The notes under the pieces were generated by a model that was not told the origin of the DNA, searched no databases, and saw only the letters and a program-made list of their open reading frames with translations. Positions 11,532-24,439 of a stretch of DNA of 32,000 nt are shown one piece after another. The stretch lies in sequence record CP025327.1. One strand, given 5' to 3'. The position numbers and the translations under genes are program-made. Every line of letters begins with the position of its first letter. Within the stretch, counting starts at the first letter, position 1.

Positions 11532-11595
11532 ATAACTTTATAACTATATAACTATATAACTTTATAACTTTATAACTTTATAACTTTATAACTTT
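11532..11595. repeat. Tandem array, 8-bp unit (ataacttt / ataactat), 8 copies, continuing as a higher-order repeat to about 11655
   Basis: Units were read at 11532, 11540 ... 11588. The block ataactat-ataacttt-ataacttt-aagtatatcaat then repeats. Confidence 0.85.
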
Positions 11596-12301
11596 AAGTA
11601 TATCAATTATAACTATATAACTTTATAACTTTAAGTATATCAATCATAACTTTATATTGGCAATATATATAGATAATATCCTATAGATATTAGAGGTACC
11701 CTAAATTATATAGAGTAGAGATATTATAGATATTGTACGGAATATAGTTAATATTATAGAATATATATTCCATAAATAAAATGTTAGAGATAATATATTT
11801 AATAAATAAGAAGTAATATGTTATATTACATATTGGATATAATATATTTCATATGATATATTTGATATAGTATATTTCACATAATATATTTGATATGATA
11901 TATTTGATAATACATTTGATAAATAAAGTATTTTAGATAATATATTTTATAATGTATATTAGATAATACATTTATAAGATATATAGTTGAACTCAATATC
12001 TCTTTGATATATAATAATAAATATATTTAAAATAGGATTATTAAATAACTTACCATCTATAAGTTAATATAGGTTATATTACTATAATTAGATAGATCAT
12101 TAAGTCTTTATAATATAAAGAAGGATTCTAATGTAATTATTATATCATTAGTATTTTTGTCTATACTTGAGATTATAATGTGACAATTATATATAATTTA
12201 TAATTTATAATTTAATATATATGTCATTATATTATGCCTATTAATATTAATATAATATATATGTCATATATAATATAATATATATGTCATTGTAAAGTTA
12301 C

Positions 12302-12341
12302 AATTATCTAATTATCTAATTATCTAATTATCTAATTATTT
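12302..12341. repeat. Tandem array, 8-bp unit (aattatct), about 5 copies
   Basis: Four perfect copies start at 12302 and are followed by aattattt. Confidence 0.85.
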
Positions 12342-13440
12342 ATAGTGTAATATTTATGTCATTAGAATGTAATAATTATCTATAGTATAATATATATGTC
12401 ATTATAATGTAATAATTATTTTATAATTATAATTATAATTATAATAATAATCTAATAAATCATATACCTTAATAAGAATTATAAATCTTATTATACATTA
12501 AGATCTTATCTTAAGATATCAAATAATATATATAAGATATATATATAAGATATAAGATAAAACATATAAGATATAAGATATAAGATATAATATTTAAGAT
12601 ATAGATATAAAATAATATATATAAGAAATATATATAAGGTATCTTATAATATATTTAAGATACAGATATAAGAAACAATATATATTTAAATATAATAATT
12701 ATTATATCTTAATAAATATTCTAATCTAATAAATATTATTTACATTACATATTATATATAATATTCATATCTCTTTGAGGTTTATAATTAGATATTAGAT
12801 ATTATATATTAAATATTAAATATAAGATATATTCTTTATTATCTATCAGAAATTAGATATTAGATATTAGTAATATATTTCCATAATATTATATCTAAGT
12901 CATTATATATTTTATATATACTTTACATTTATAAACTATTCTAAATTTATATATTTATATATTATATATTTATATATTATATATATAGATATTTAGGCAT
13001 TTATATTGTAAATTATTATATATATATATTTATATTGTAAATTATTATATAACTTAACTATAATTAATTATTAGTGTACTTGATATTAATCCTTATTAAT
13101 AATTCTCATTATACTTTATATTATCTATATACTTTAATTTATATAATCATTATTATATTATCTATATACTTTAATTTATATAATCATTATTATATTATAT
13201 ATATACTTTAAATTATTAATATATTATATATTATTAATATTATTCTCTATAACATATAGTCATTATATTCTATATAACATATAGTCATTATATGTTATTA
13301 AAGTTATTATCAATATGATTGGTCATTATATGTTATTATTTATATGATTAGTCATTATATATAATCAATATGTATAAAATATATAAAAAATATATATAAT
13401 ATATGATTCTAAATTATCAATATATATAAAATATATATAA

Positions 13441-13495
13441 TATCTATATAATATCTATAGAATATCTATATAATATCTATATAATGTCTATTATC
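13441..13495. repeat. Tandem array, 11-bp unit (tatctatataa), 5 copies
   Basis: The word tatc (or tgtc) occurs at 13441, 13452, 13463, 13474 and 13485. Confidence 0.85.
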
Positions 13496-13580
13496 AATAT
13501 ACTTAAGATTACTATCTATTATCAATATACTTAAGATTACTATCTATTATCAATATACTTAAGATCATTGTCCATAGTTA
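13488..13580. repeat. Tandem repeat, 28-bp unit (ctattatcaatatacttaagattactat), about 3.3 copies
   Basis: Units start at 13488, 13516 and 13544. Confidence 0.85.
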
Positions 13581-15996
13581 ATATACTTAAAATGAGTATC
13601 TAGATACTGTATATACACACAATATATAATTAATATACTTTATGTTATTATTTACATATTTACTGTATATTATTAATATACTTTATATTATTATCTATAT
13701 AATTAATATACTTTATATTCTTATATATATAATTAATATACTTTATATAATTAGTTTACTTTAATTTATTAATGTACTTTCTATAGTTAAGCATATAGTG
13801 AAATTATTAATATACTTTATATATATTTATTATTAAACTTAATAGTCAATATACTTTATATATATTTATTATTAAACCTAATAGTCAATATACTTTAATA
13901 TATTAGTAATATATTAGTTGTTAATACTAATAGTGAATATACTTTATTAGTAATATATTAATACTAATAGTGAGTATACCTCTAATTAAGACTAAATCTA
14001 AATAATATTACTATTAATATAAATATAAATATAAATAACACTAAATATAAACAATATTACAATTAATATAAATAACACTAAATATAAATAATATTACTAT
14101 AAAAATAGATAACACTAAATATAAATAATATTACAATTAATATAAATAGTATTAAGTATATATTATATAAATAGTATTAAATATAAATAATACTAATTAA
14201 ATATATACTTTATATTAATATATCTTATATTAAAACTAATAGTCAATATATTATATATTGATATATAATGTATCTTATATTAAAATTAATAGTGAATATA
14301 CTTTATATTAATATATTTATGAATAATACTAATTGTATATAGAGTAAATATTATAGTTATTAATACTAATTAGAGTAATTATTATAAATATTAATCACTA
14401 TAAATATAGTAGTCATTAAATACATATAGAGTAATTATCAATACTTATTACATTTAGAGTAATTACCCATACTTATTCTATTTAGAGTAATAATTAATAC
14501 TTATTACATATAGAGTAATAATTAATACTTATTATTAATATAATACTTATTCTAAACTTAGTAATGATTAATACTGATACTAAATATAATAATGATATAT
14601 AGTGATTATAAATAAAGTAATTATTAATATTGAGAATAAATATTGGTATAATATAAAGTAATTTATAAATCTAATTCTGATTAATATTAATTATAGTTCT
14701 TATACATATTAAATATTAATATAATACTTAGTCATACTAATTATAAATTTAATCATATTAAATATTAATATAATACTTAGTGATATTAATTTTACATGTA
14801 CTCATATTATTATTATTCATAGTTAATATAGATATTCATTAATCTAATTGATATATATATTAGTTAATAATATATGGGTTATTAATATAGTTCTTATTAA
14901 TATTAACAATTCATATTATAGTCTATTATTCATACTGTAATAATAATTGAATTAATGTTCTATTAATATTGAGATAATCTCTTATTAATAATTCTCTATT
15001 GATATTAATACTAATATATAAATCATTATTATATTATAATTAATATATCTTATAATTAATATTGAATATATCTTATACTAACATTATAGTCAGTATTGAG
15101 TATATCTTATACTAACATTATAGTCAGTATTGAGTATATCTTATACTAATATTTAGATTAATATTATAATTATTATGTATATCATTATATACTAATATTG
15201 AGATTATTAATATTATAATTAATATTGGAATAATATTTTACTGGTGCTCTAATTAATATTATAATACTATACTATTATTAATATTCAGATATTATAATTA
15301 ATATTATAATACTATACTATTATTAATATTCAGATACTATAATTAGTATTATGATATTATACTTAGCTTAATATTTATACACTATATTTAGTATTATGAT
15401 ACTATACTTAATTATAAAATAATGATACTATATTTAATATTATGATACTATACCTAGTTAATAAATAATTATACTATATTTAATATTATGATATTATAGT
15501 TATAGTTAGTTATAGAAATATTATGATACTATAGTTAGTTATAGAAATATTATGATACTATAGTTAGTTATAGAATAATTTTATAATTCTCACTAAATAT
15601 TAGTATTATGATATAACACTTATTAATGGATTAATCTTATAATCCTAACTAAATATTAATATATCGATATTCTAATTATTAATTATTAATTATTAATTAT
15701 TAATTATTAATAATTAATTATTTATTATTAATTATTAATTATCTTTTACTGGTACTCTAATCCTATACTAATATTAGTACAATAATCAATTATATAATAG
15801 TCTCTTATTCTTTATTAATTATCTAATAATCTATTATCCTTTATTAATATAGAATAGTTTCTTATCATTTATTAATTATAATATGACTTTATTAATTATA
15901 ATATGACTTTATTAATTATAATATGACTTTATTAATTATAATATGATAATGAAATAGTTTGTTACTAATACAATAAAAGAATATAATAGTATTTAA

Positions 15997-16068
15997 TTAA
16001 TCTTATTAATCTTATTAATCTTATTAATCTTATTAATCTTATTAATCTTATTAATCTTATTAATCTTA
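15997..16068. repeat. Tandem array, 9-bp unit (ttaatctta), 8 perfect copies
   Basis: Units start at 15997, 16006 ... 16060 and are all identical. Confidence 0.95.
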
Positions 16069-18006
16069 TAAGGATATGGAATATAGGATACTAATACTAT
16101 TCATTTTATAATAATATTGGATATTGGTACTAATACTATTCATCTTATAATAGATATTATATATTGATATTGGATATTGAGTACTAATACTATTAATTCT
16201 CTAAGGACATTATATATTGATATAGTATATTCAATACTAATATAGGAATAATGATTAATAATTATTGATTATTTAAATAATACACTATTAAGATATAGAT
16301 AAGATACTACTAATCTATTAATAAGATATGTAAATATAGATAAGATACTACTAATATATTAATAAGATATGTAAATATAGATAAGACACTACTAATCTAG
16401 TAATAAGATATGTAAATATAAATAAGATACTACTAATCTAGTAATAAGATATATAAATATAAATAAGATATCTCAATATTGTAATAATAAACTACAATTA
16501 CTAAACTAATTATCTACTCATACTAATGATTATTTATTAATAATGTACTAATAACTATTAACAAATATTGTACTAATAATAACTAACTAATATTGTAATA
16601 ATGTACTTAAGATTATTAAATAATATTTAAATAATGTACTTAAGATTATTAACTAATATTGTACTTAAGATTATTCACTAATATTGTAATAATATACTAA
16701 AGATTCTAATGATTATTAACTAATAATATTTATACTATATTTTATTATAATTATATTCTATTCTAATAATATTTATATTATATTATCTTATTATTATATT
16801 GTATTCTAATAATATTAATATTCAATTATATTATAATTATATTCTATTCTAATAATATAAAAATAATACCATATTGTAATACTACTATATAGTGAAAAAA
16901 TTAACATTATAATAATATTTATATTATCCTCATATTTATATTTATATTGTCATAATATATATATATGATTATATATCTTATCTCATATTATACTAAAGAT
17001 TATATATATTATTATATCCGAAATTATAATAATATAATAAGGATTATGTACAAATACACTAGACACTACATGTAGAGACTTGAATCACTTATATCCTTAT
17101 AAATATATGGGTAATATGGGGACCATACATTATAAATATATATATCTCTATTGATTTATAAATGATATATATAAATATATATATCTCTATTCATTTAAAG
17201 ATATATTATATAAATATATATATCTCTATTGATTTAGAGATCAAATATATAAATATATAGATAATATATATGATACATAAATATCTATATAATATATGAT
17301 TCATAGATATGAATACATGATATATAATATATGATACATATATATGAATATAAGGTACATAGATATAAATATAATTTAAAATACATAGATGTATGAGATA
17401 TGTAATGTAAGATATATATATATGTGATATAATATAAGATAAGATATAAAAATCTCAAATAGATATATATCTCTAGATTTAAATCTATATATATTAATAA
17501 TGATAAAAGATATCATTAGATAAAGATCTATATATTTAAAGATAAACATATATTAATATATGTATAAAGATAACTAATCTCAATATAAAGATAACTTATC
17601 TCAATATAAAGAAAATTAATCTCAATATACATATTTATTTTATATCTATCTATATTTTAGATTAATAATATTTATTTTATATCTATCTAGATTTGAGATA
17701 AATATAATTTATTATATACCTATATATAGATTAGATAAATAATCTTTATCTATATTTATTATATAGAATATCTATCAATATATTAGATAAATAAAATTAA
17801 ATAGATATCAATATTATTATATAATAATATATATATTAAGAAATCTAATTATATCAAATACATCTAAATATAAAATATAAAGATCTAAATATTTATATAT
17901 TGCCATATTAAAATATAAGAATATAGTCAACATTATATCAAAAATTAAATAAAATTCTGAATAAATAATAATCAGAATAAGATTAATATAGGATAATAGG
18001 AATTAA

Positions 18007-18315
<309 letters not shown>

Positions 18316-18344
18316 TTACTTTTAATATTTATAACCTTTTTTAT

Positions 18345-18452
18345 TATCTAATTTATCTAATTTATCTAATTTATCTAATTTATCTAATTTATCTAATTTA
18401 TCTAATTTATCTAATTTATCTAATTTATCTAATTTAGATAATTTATCTAATA
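18345..18452. repeat. Tandem array, 9-bp unit (tatctaatt), 12 copies, in the atp9 upstream/leader region
   Basis: Ten perfect copies run from 18345 to 18434, followed by tagataatt and tatctaata. The array begins 108 bp upstream of the atp9 ATG. Confidence 0.95.
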
Positions 18453-19079
18453 GTTGGGATTTTTTATCTTTCCTTTTAGATTATCTTTGATACATGTGAT
18501 AAGATATATTATATTATATTATATTTATATTACAAGTAGAAATATATATTAGATTATATTATATTTATATTAAAGTAGATATATATATTAGATTATATAT
18601 TATATTATCTTTTTTATATATAGAAATATATAAATATATATATTATATTATCTTTTTTATATGTACAAATATATATTATATTATATTATCTTAAATCTAT
18701 GTATAAATATATATTATATATATCTTAAATATATGTATAAATAAATATTATATTATCTTTATTCTTACATATTATCTTAAAGATAAATATATTATCTTTA
18801 GAATAAATCTATTATCTTTATTACTCTATATTCCTTTTATTCTCATATTAATATATATATCTATAATCTTTATTATTGTATAGTCTTTATATTCTTTATA
18901 TTCTTTATTTTCTTTATATTCTTTATATTCTCATAATGAAATATATATGTATAATATACATTACTGTATATCCTTTAGATGTAATCTTTATTACTATCTA
19001 TTCTTTATATTAATCATCAATATTATAATAATATATAATCTTTATTATTAAAGATCAATAAGATTAATATTTATATTAT

Positions 19080-19473
19080 TCATATTTATATTGTACATAT
19101 TGTGTATATTTATATTGTACATATTTATACTGTGTATATTTACATTGCACAAATTCTCTATATTTACATTATATATATTAATATTAAAATTATCTATATT
19201 TACATTATATATATTAATATTAATATTATCTATATTTACATTATATATATTAATATTAATATTAAAATTATCTATATTTACACTATACATATTAATATTA
19301 AAATTATCTATATTTACATTATACATATTAATATTATTTACATTGTACATATTGTCTATATTCACATTATACATATTAATATTGTTTACATTGTACATAT
19401 AAATATTGTTTATATTTACATATTAATATTGTTTACCTTGTACATATTAATATTGTTTATATTTACATATTAA
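19080..19473. repeat. Compound tandem array built on a 6-bp phase (units of 24, 30, 36, 42 and 48 bp; core tatatttacattatatatattaatatta...)
   Basis: The word tacatt/tacact recurs at 19141, 19165, 19201, 19237, 19279, 19315, 19339, 19387 and 19417. All spacings are multiples of 6, and the phase breaks at about 19434. Confidence 0.85.
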
Positions 19474-20236
19474 TACTGTTTATATAGGTTAATAAGATAG
19501 GAATTTATATTGTATTGTATCTATTAGAAGTTAATGAAATTATAATTTATTTTGGATATATTTATATTGTATATTGTATATGTTCATATTAAATATATAT
19601 CATATTGTATATATTTATATTGTATATCTCCATATTATAGATTAATCATATAGAATTTAGATTATATCTATCTATATTATATATATTCTAAGTTAATCAT
19701 ATATTATATATATTTTAAGTTAATCATATATTATATATATTCTAAGTTAGTCATATATTATATATATTCTAAGTTAATCATATATTATATATATTCTAAG
19801 TTAATCATATTTTATTTATATTATAGATATCTATATTATATATAATTTATATTGTATATCTCAATTTTAGATATATTATAGGTTAATTATATATAATTTA
19901 TATTATATATATATATATTATATATATTATAGGTTAATCATATATAATTTATATTGTATATATCTATAAATCTCTATTATATATATTATAGGTTAATCAT
20001 ATATAATTTATATAAAGGTCAATTATATAAAATCTTATTAAACTTTTTATTAAATATCAATGATATAATAAGAAAGTATATTAACAAAGTCTATAATACC
20101 ATAACATATCAAATATATAATACGATTATAAATGAAGTCTATAATATCATACATCTAAAGTATCTATTCTGATAATATAGTATCATTATTAATATTAATA
20201 ATATTAGAATATAAAGTTTATATAATCTAAATTATA

Positions 20237-20388
20237 TACATTTGTATATTTGTACATGTGTACATTTATACATTTATACATGTGTACATTTATACATTTG
20301 TACATTTCTACATTTATATATTTGTACATTTAAATATTTGCATATTTGTACATTTCTACATTTATATATTTATACCTTTATACATTTG
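20237..20388. repeat. Tandem array, 8-bp unit (tacatttg / tacattta), 19 copies
   Basis: Nineteen consecutive 8-mers were read in register from 20237 with no indels. Variants include tatatttg, tacatgtg, tacatttc, aatatttg, catatttg and taccttta. Confidence 0.92.
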
Positions 20389-20431
20389 TATTTAAAAGTA
20401 TAATACATTTAAACTTAGTATTATAAGTATT

Positions 20432-20439
20432 TAAACATT
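20432..20439 (+). promoter_or_regulatory. Promoter-like octamer TATAAGTA (nonamer TTATAAGTA), upstream of the trnL-trnR-trnV cluster
   Basis: The motif was read directly. It is followed by T at +2, which is weaker than the second copy 41 bp downstream. Confidence 0.3.
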
Positions 20440-20471
20440 AATATTTAAACATTAATATTAATAAGTATTTT

Positions 20472-20480
20472 ATATAAGTA
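20472..20480 (+). promoter_or_regulatory. Promoter-like nonamer ATATAAGTA, candidate promoter of the trnL-trnR-trnV cluster
   Basis: This is a perfect nonamer followed by A at +2. It lies 392 bp upstream of trnL on the same strand, with no other gene in between. Confidence 0.45.
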
Positions 20481-20871
20481 ATTTAGTATGAGAATTATAT
20501 TATTATGACATAATAATTAATTTAATATTACTCTAATATAATAAGTTATTTAATAATACTCTAATATAATAAGTTATATAATAATACTCTAATATAATAA
20601 ATAAATATTATAATATATCTACTATATTAATTTAATAGACTAAATAATTTAAATAATATTTATACAATAGATTAAGTAATATTTAGACTATATTATACTA
20701 AATTATATAATATATATTATATTAATATAATAAGTAAGTATTATTATTTATAATTAAGTAAGAATTATATTTCTAATTTATAATTTATTATTTCTAAAAT
20801 AAGTAAGAATTATATTTATAATTTATAATTTTATATTTCTAATTTCTAATTTATAATTAAATATATAATAT

Positions 20872-20951
20872 GCTATTTTGGTGGAATGGTAGACACAGTG
20901 CTCTTAAGAGGCACCGCGATAAGCATATTGGTTCAAATCCAATAAATAGCA
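20872..20951 (+). tRNA. trnL: tRNA-Leu (anticodon UAA), long variable arm
   Basis: Fold: GCTATTT-TG-GTGGAATGGTAGACAC-A-GTGCT-CTTAAGA-GGCAC-CGCGATAAGCAT-ATTGG-TTCAAAT-CCAAT-AAATAGC-A. The acceptor stem pairs perfectly, the T-loop is canonical, and the type-II variable arm fits Leu. Confidence 0.9.
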
Positions 20952-21011
20952 CAATAAAGATGTAATATAAAAATATTATTAATGATATATATAGAGAAAA
21001 ATATATATATT

Positions 21012-21082
21012 ACTCTTTTAGCTTAATGGTAGAGCATATTACTTCTAATAATAGTATTCTAGTTCGATTCTAGAAAGGAGTG
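21012..21082 (+). tRNA. trnR: tRNA-Arg (anticodon UCU)
   Basis: Fold: ACTCTTT-TA-GCTT-AATGGTA-GAGC-A-TATTA-CTTCTAA-TAATA-GTAT-TCTAG-TTCGATT-CTAGA-AAGGAGT-G. All four stems pair, and the T-loop is TTCGATT. Confidence 0.88.
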
Positions 21083-21742
21083 AACAATTATATATTCTTT
21101 AATCTTGAATATATTAGATTTAATCTTTCTCTATTATTATTCTATCTTAATCTTAAATTATTTGATTTATATTAAATATTTTCAATTCTTATTATATCTT
21201 AATCTTAAATTATCTAATTTATATATAATATTATTATTAGATAATAATAATTATTAAATTTTATTTATCTTTATCCTATTTTAATTATTTGTATCTAATA
21301 GTAAATTTGTATCTCATATTACATTTCTATTATTTCTTAATTAATATTGTCCATTAAGATTAATTAGTAATATTATATATTTAAGATGATATGTATATTC
21401 TACATTTAATCTCAAATTAATATTGTATATTATAATCAAATATTATATTATATTAAATTATTGTACATTATAATCAAATAAATATTATATATTTATAATG
21501 AGATTAATATTGTACATTATAATGAAACATATATTATATATCTAATATGAAATTATTATATATTATAATGATATAATATGTCATGTACTAAGAACAAATA
21601 TCTCTGAATAATATTTATTAAGAAGATATACTCTCTATTAAGATAATCTATTAAGATAATCAATTAATTAGTAATTATCCATAATTTCTATTATAGATTA
21701 TCAATATTATCTATTAATTATATACATTGTATAATTATATTA

Positions 21743-21816
21743 AGGAAATTAGCTCAATTGGTTAGAGCGTTCGTTTTACACACGAGAGGTTACTGAATCA
21801 TACTCAGTATTTCCTA
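21743..21816 (+). tRNA. trnV: tRNA-Val (anticodon UAC), atypical T-loop
   Basis: Fold: AGGAAAT-TA-GCTC-AATTGGTTA-GAGC-G-TTCGT-TTTACAC-ACGAG-AGGTT-ACTGA-ATCATAC-TCAGT-ATTTCCT-A. The acceptor stem is a perfect 7 bp and the D-arm is canonical. The T-loop ATCATAC lacks the usual TTCRA. Confidence 0.8.
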
Positions 21817-21856
21817 TTAATAATTATTATTTATTAAATAATAATCAGTATTTAAT

Positions 21857-21904
21857 ATTTTACTATTTTACTATTTTACTATTTTACTATTTTACTATTT
21901 TACT
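21857..21904. repeat. Tandem array, 8-bp unit (attttact), 6 perfect copies
   Basis: Units start at 21857, 21865 ... 21897. The array begins 41 bp downstream of trnV. Confidence 0.95.
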
Positions 21905-22745
21905 ATTAACTAAATCATATTGATTAAATTTTATATATTATTAACTAATATTATTAAGTTATGTTATATTTATTATATTTATTAACTAATATTATTTATT
22001 CTATCATATTTTAAATAGAATATAATATATTTTTATTTATTATTAAGTAATTTAATTAACTCAATTAGATTCAATAATTCTTATATATTATTAAGTAATA
22101 ATAATTAACTCTATTATATTGAATTATAGAAATATATTATATAAAAATATTATTAAGAATATATTAATTGTGATATTCATAAGTACAATTAGATTAATTA
22201 TTATTATAATAAATATTATTATATTAATTCTAATACTAATACTAATAAGTACAATTATATTAAATTTAATATTAATATTAATAAGTACAAATAAATTAGT
22301 TTTATTATTAATAATTTATTAAGTACAGATATAATAATGAGAACTTATAATAAGTTAAGATTTATGAATCATAATTCTAAATTAAGATATAATTTAATAA
22401 TATTTATAGACTATATAAATTATGATTTATGATATAATTTAATAATAAATAGGGACCATATAAATTAAGATATAATTTAATAATAGGTATAGATCTTATA
22501 AATTAAGATTTAATTTAATAATAAATAAATATTAATGTATAATAAGTATAGATATATAAATAATTAGATTAGTAATAATGAGTACAATTAATAATTATGA
22601 ATAAGTATTTATTAATTATTATATATAATGATCATATTAATTATAATGATAATCTATTTATTAAGTATCATAATAATGAGTATATATTTAATAGATTTAA
22701 TATCTATTTTATTAATGATTTAATAGATCTAATATCTATTTTATT

Positions 22746-22817
22746 AAGAGATGAAGGGTATCGATCCCTAAATGAATAGATTTGCAATCTAACAGTTTAA
22801 CCTTAAACAACATCTCC
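22746..22817 (-). tRNA. trnC: tRNA-Cys (anticodon GCA)
   Basis: The reverse complement folds as GGAGATG-TT-GTTT-AAGGTT-AAAC-TG-TTAGA-TTGCAAA-TCTAT-TCATT-TAGGG-ATCGATA-CCCTT-CATCTCT-T. The acceptor stem is 7 bp (G1-U72 wobble). The anticodon stem has 4 bp plus a U-U pair, and the T-stem has one U-U pair. It is less canonical than the other tRNAs. Confidence 0.7.
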
Positions 22818-22937
22818 ATATATATTATATATATACAACATTACCTTATAAATTATATATTCTATATAAATTATATATTAATTAAAACTTATATATAAAT
22901 ATTATATTCCCTTATAAATTACATACTAATTGTATCA

Positions 22938-22945
22938 TACTTATA
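22938..22945 (-). promoter_or_regulatory. Promoter-like octamer TATAAGTA (nonamer TTATAAGTA), upstream of trnC
   Basis: The plus strand reads tacttata. The motif lies 121 nt upstream of the trnC 5' end on the same strand. Confidence 0.4.
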
Positions 22946-23104
22946 AATGACAATTATATATTATTAAATGATTATAATATAAAATGTATTATATAAAAGT
23001 ATATATGTACATTGTGATATATATTTAATTATCTTAATTATTTTAATCTATATATCTCTTATATAAATATATTAAGTTTTATTATATATACAATAATAAT
23101 CATA

Positions 23105-23155
23105 TAGATTTAATAGATTTAATAGATTTAATAGATTTAATAGATTTAATAGATA
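23105..23155. repeat. Tandem array, 9-bp unit (tagatttaa), about 5.5 copies
   Basis: Perfect units start at 23105, 23114, 23123, 23132 and 23141, followed by the partial unit tagatat. Confidence 0.9.
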
Positions 23156-24221
23156 TATAATAATATCTATTTATAAGAACTTATAGGTAATCATATATTA
23201 ACTGAAATTATATGTTATATATTAACTCATATAATATGTAATATATTAACTCATATAATATGTTATATGTAATTGTATAATATTTATACGGACTTATATA
23301 TTACCCTAATATCTTATATGGATTTATATATCTTATATATTACCCTAATATCTTATATGGATTTATATATCTTATATGGACTTATATATTATTTTAATAT
23401 TTAGATGTACTGATACATAGTTATATATTTTTTTAATATACTAATTTATAATTATATGATATTAGATGTATTGATACATATTTATATATTTTATTAATGT
23501 AATAATTTATAATTTATAATTATATAATATTGATATATTATTATTATTTAGTATCATATTAGAAAGATCAATATATATTGATAATTTATATATAATATAA
23601 TTAGATTTATAGAAGTTATATTATAGTATAGATATGAAGTTCATCTATATTATTATATGCAGATATATTATTTATATTATATTAGATATTATTCATTATA
23701 ATTTATATTATAGATATAAGGTCATTTATATTATTATATGTAGATATATTATTTATATTAAATTAGATATTAGTCATTATAATTTATAATTTATAATTTA
23801 GATATAATATATTTATGTTTAGTTAATATTATATTTGTAGTACTCTAAATATATATTCAATTAATATTTTATTATGTTTGTATTACTCTAATACATATTC
23901 AGTGAATATTCTAATATGTTTATTATAATATATAAAATATAATATATTTATATTACTCTATAATATATATAATATATATCTATTACTCTATAATATATCT
24001 AATAAAAAATATATTTCTATTACTCTATAATATATATTTAATATAAGATCAATCTAAATAACTTTATATTCTAGATCTAAGTTCATTTATATTTAAGATG
24101 AACTTAAATTTAAGTTTAATTTATATTTAAGTTTATATCTTATAAATATTAAGATATATATCATAATATATAAATATTTTAACTTTATATTTATATTTAT
24201 ATTATAAGTTATCTTATTAAA

Positions 24222-24306
24222 GGAGGGATTTCCTATGTCGGTAAGAGGAGCTGAGCTGTAAACTCAGTAGCTATAGCTTGCGCATGTTCGACTCATGCTC
24301 CCTTCA
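24222..24306 (+). tRNA. trnY: tRNA-Tyr (anticodon GUA), long variable arm
   Basis: Fold: GGAGGGA-TT-TCCTATGTCGGTAAGAGGA-G-CTGAG-CTGTAAA-CTCAG-TAGCTATAGCTTGC-GCATG-TTCGACT-CATGC-TCCCTTC-A. The anticodon stem is perfect and the T-loop is canonical. The long variable arm is the bacterial/fungal-mitochondrial Tyr type. Confidence 0.9.
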
Positions 24307-24312
24307 TTGTCT

Positions 24313-24439
24313 TTATAAAAATTATAATAATTAAGATAATATTAATTATATGTAATGTCATTAAGTATAACTTGATTGTTATTATAAAAATTATAATAAT
24401 TAAGATAATATTAATTATATGTAATGTCATTAAGTATAA
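24313..24439. repeat. Direct duplication, 69-bp period, with 58 bp identical in each copy
   Basis: The sequence ttataaaaattataataattaagataatattaattatatgtaatgtcattaagtataa occurs at 24313-24370 and again at 24382-24439. Confidence 0.9.

Noticed and set aside
17917-17928. Dodecamer-like 3' processing signal downstream of atp9 (minus strand GACTATATTCTT versus S. cerevisiae AATAATATTCTT)
   Set aside because: Only the last 8 nt match. Similar TAATATTCTT words occur in gene-free repeats at about 30830-30880, so chance is likely, and conservation of the dodecamer outside Saccharomycetaceae is not established. No such motif follows nad6.
19048-19473. Three ORFs of 103-123 aa (two plus, one minus)
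   Set aside because: All three lie within the hexamer-phased compound array. Being open in three frames at once is the signature of repeat periodicity, not coding.
19954-22322. ORFs 19954-20172 (72 aa) and 22119-22322 (67 aa)
   Set aside because: They are low-complexity I/L/N/Y-rich peptides over AT-only sequence with internal short repeats, and show no recognisable motifs. atp8, nad3 and nad4L were also looked for (for example an ATGCCACAATTA-type atp8 start) and not found.
22597-22779. 60-aa plus-strand ORF (MNKYLLIIIYNDHINYND...)
   Set aside because: Its 3' end runs antisense through trnC, and the rest is AT-rich spacer. I considered an AT-rich var1/rps3-like gene, but the ORF is far too short and has no conserved C-terminal Rps3-like block.
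24203-24210. TATAAGTT 12 nt upstream of trnY as the trnY-nad6 promoter
   Set aside because: It has a mismatch at the initiating position (+1 A to T). It would also leave only a 12-nt leader before the tRNA. It is noted only as a weak variant in the promoter finding.
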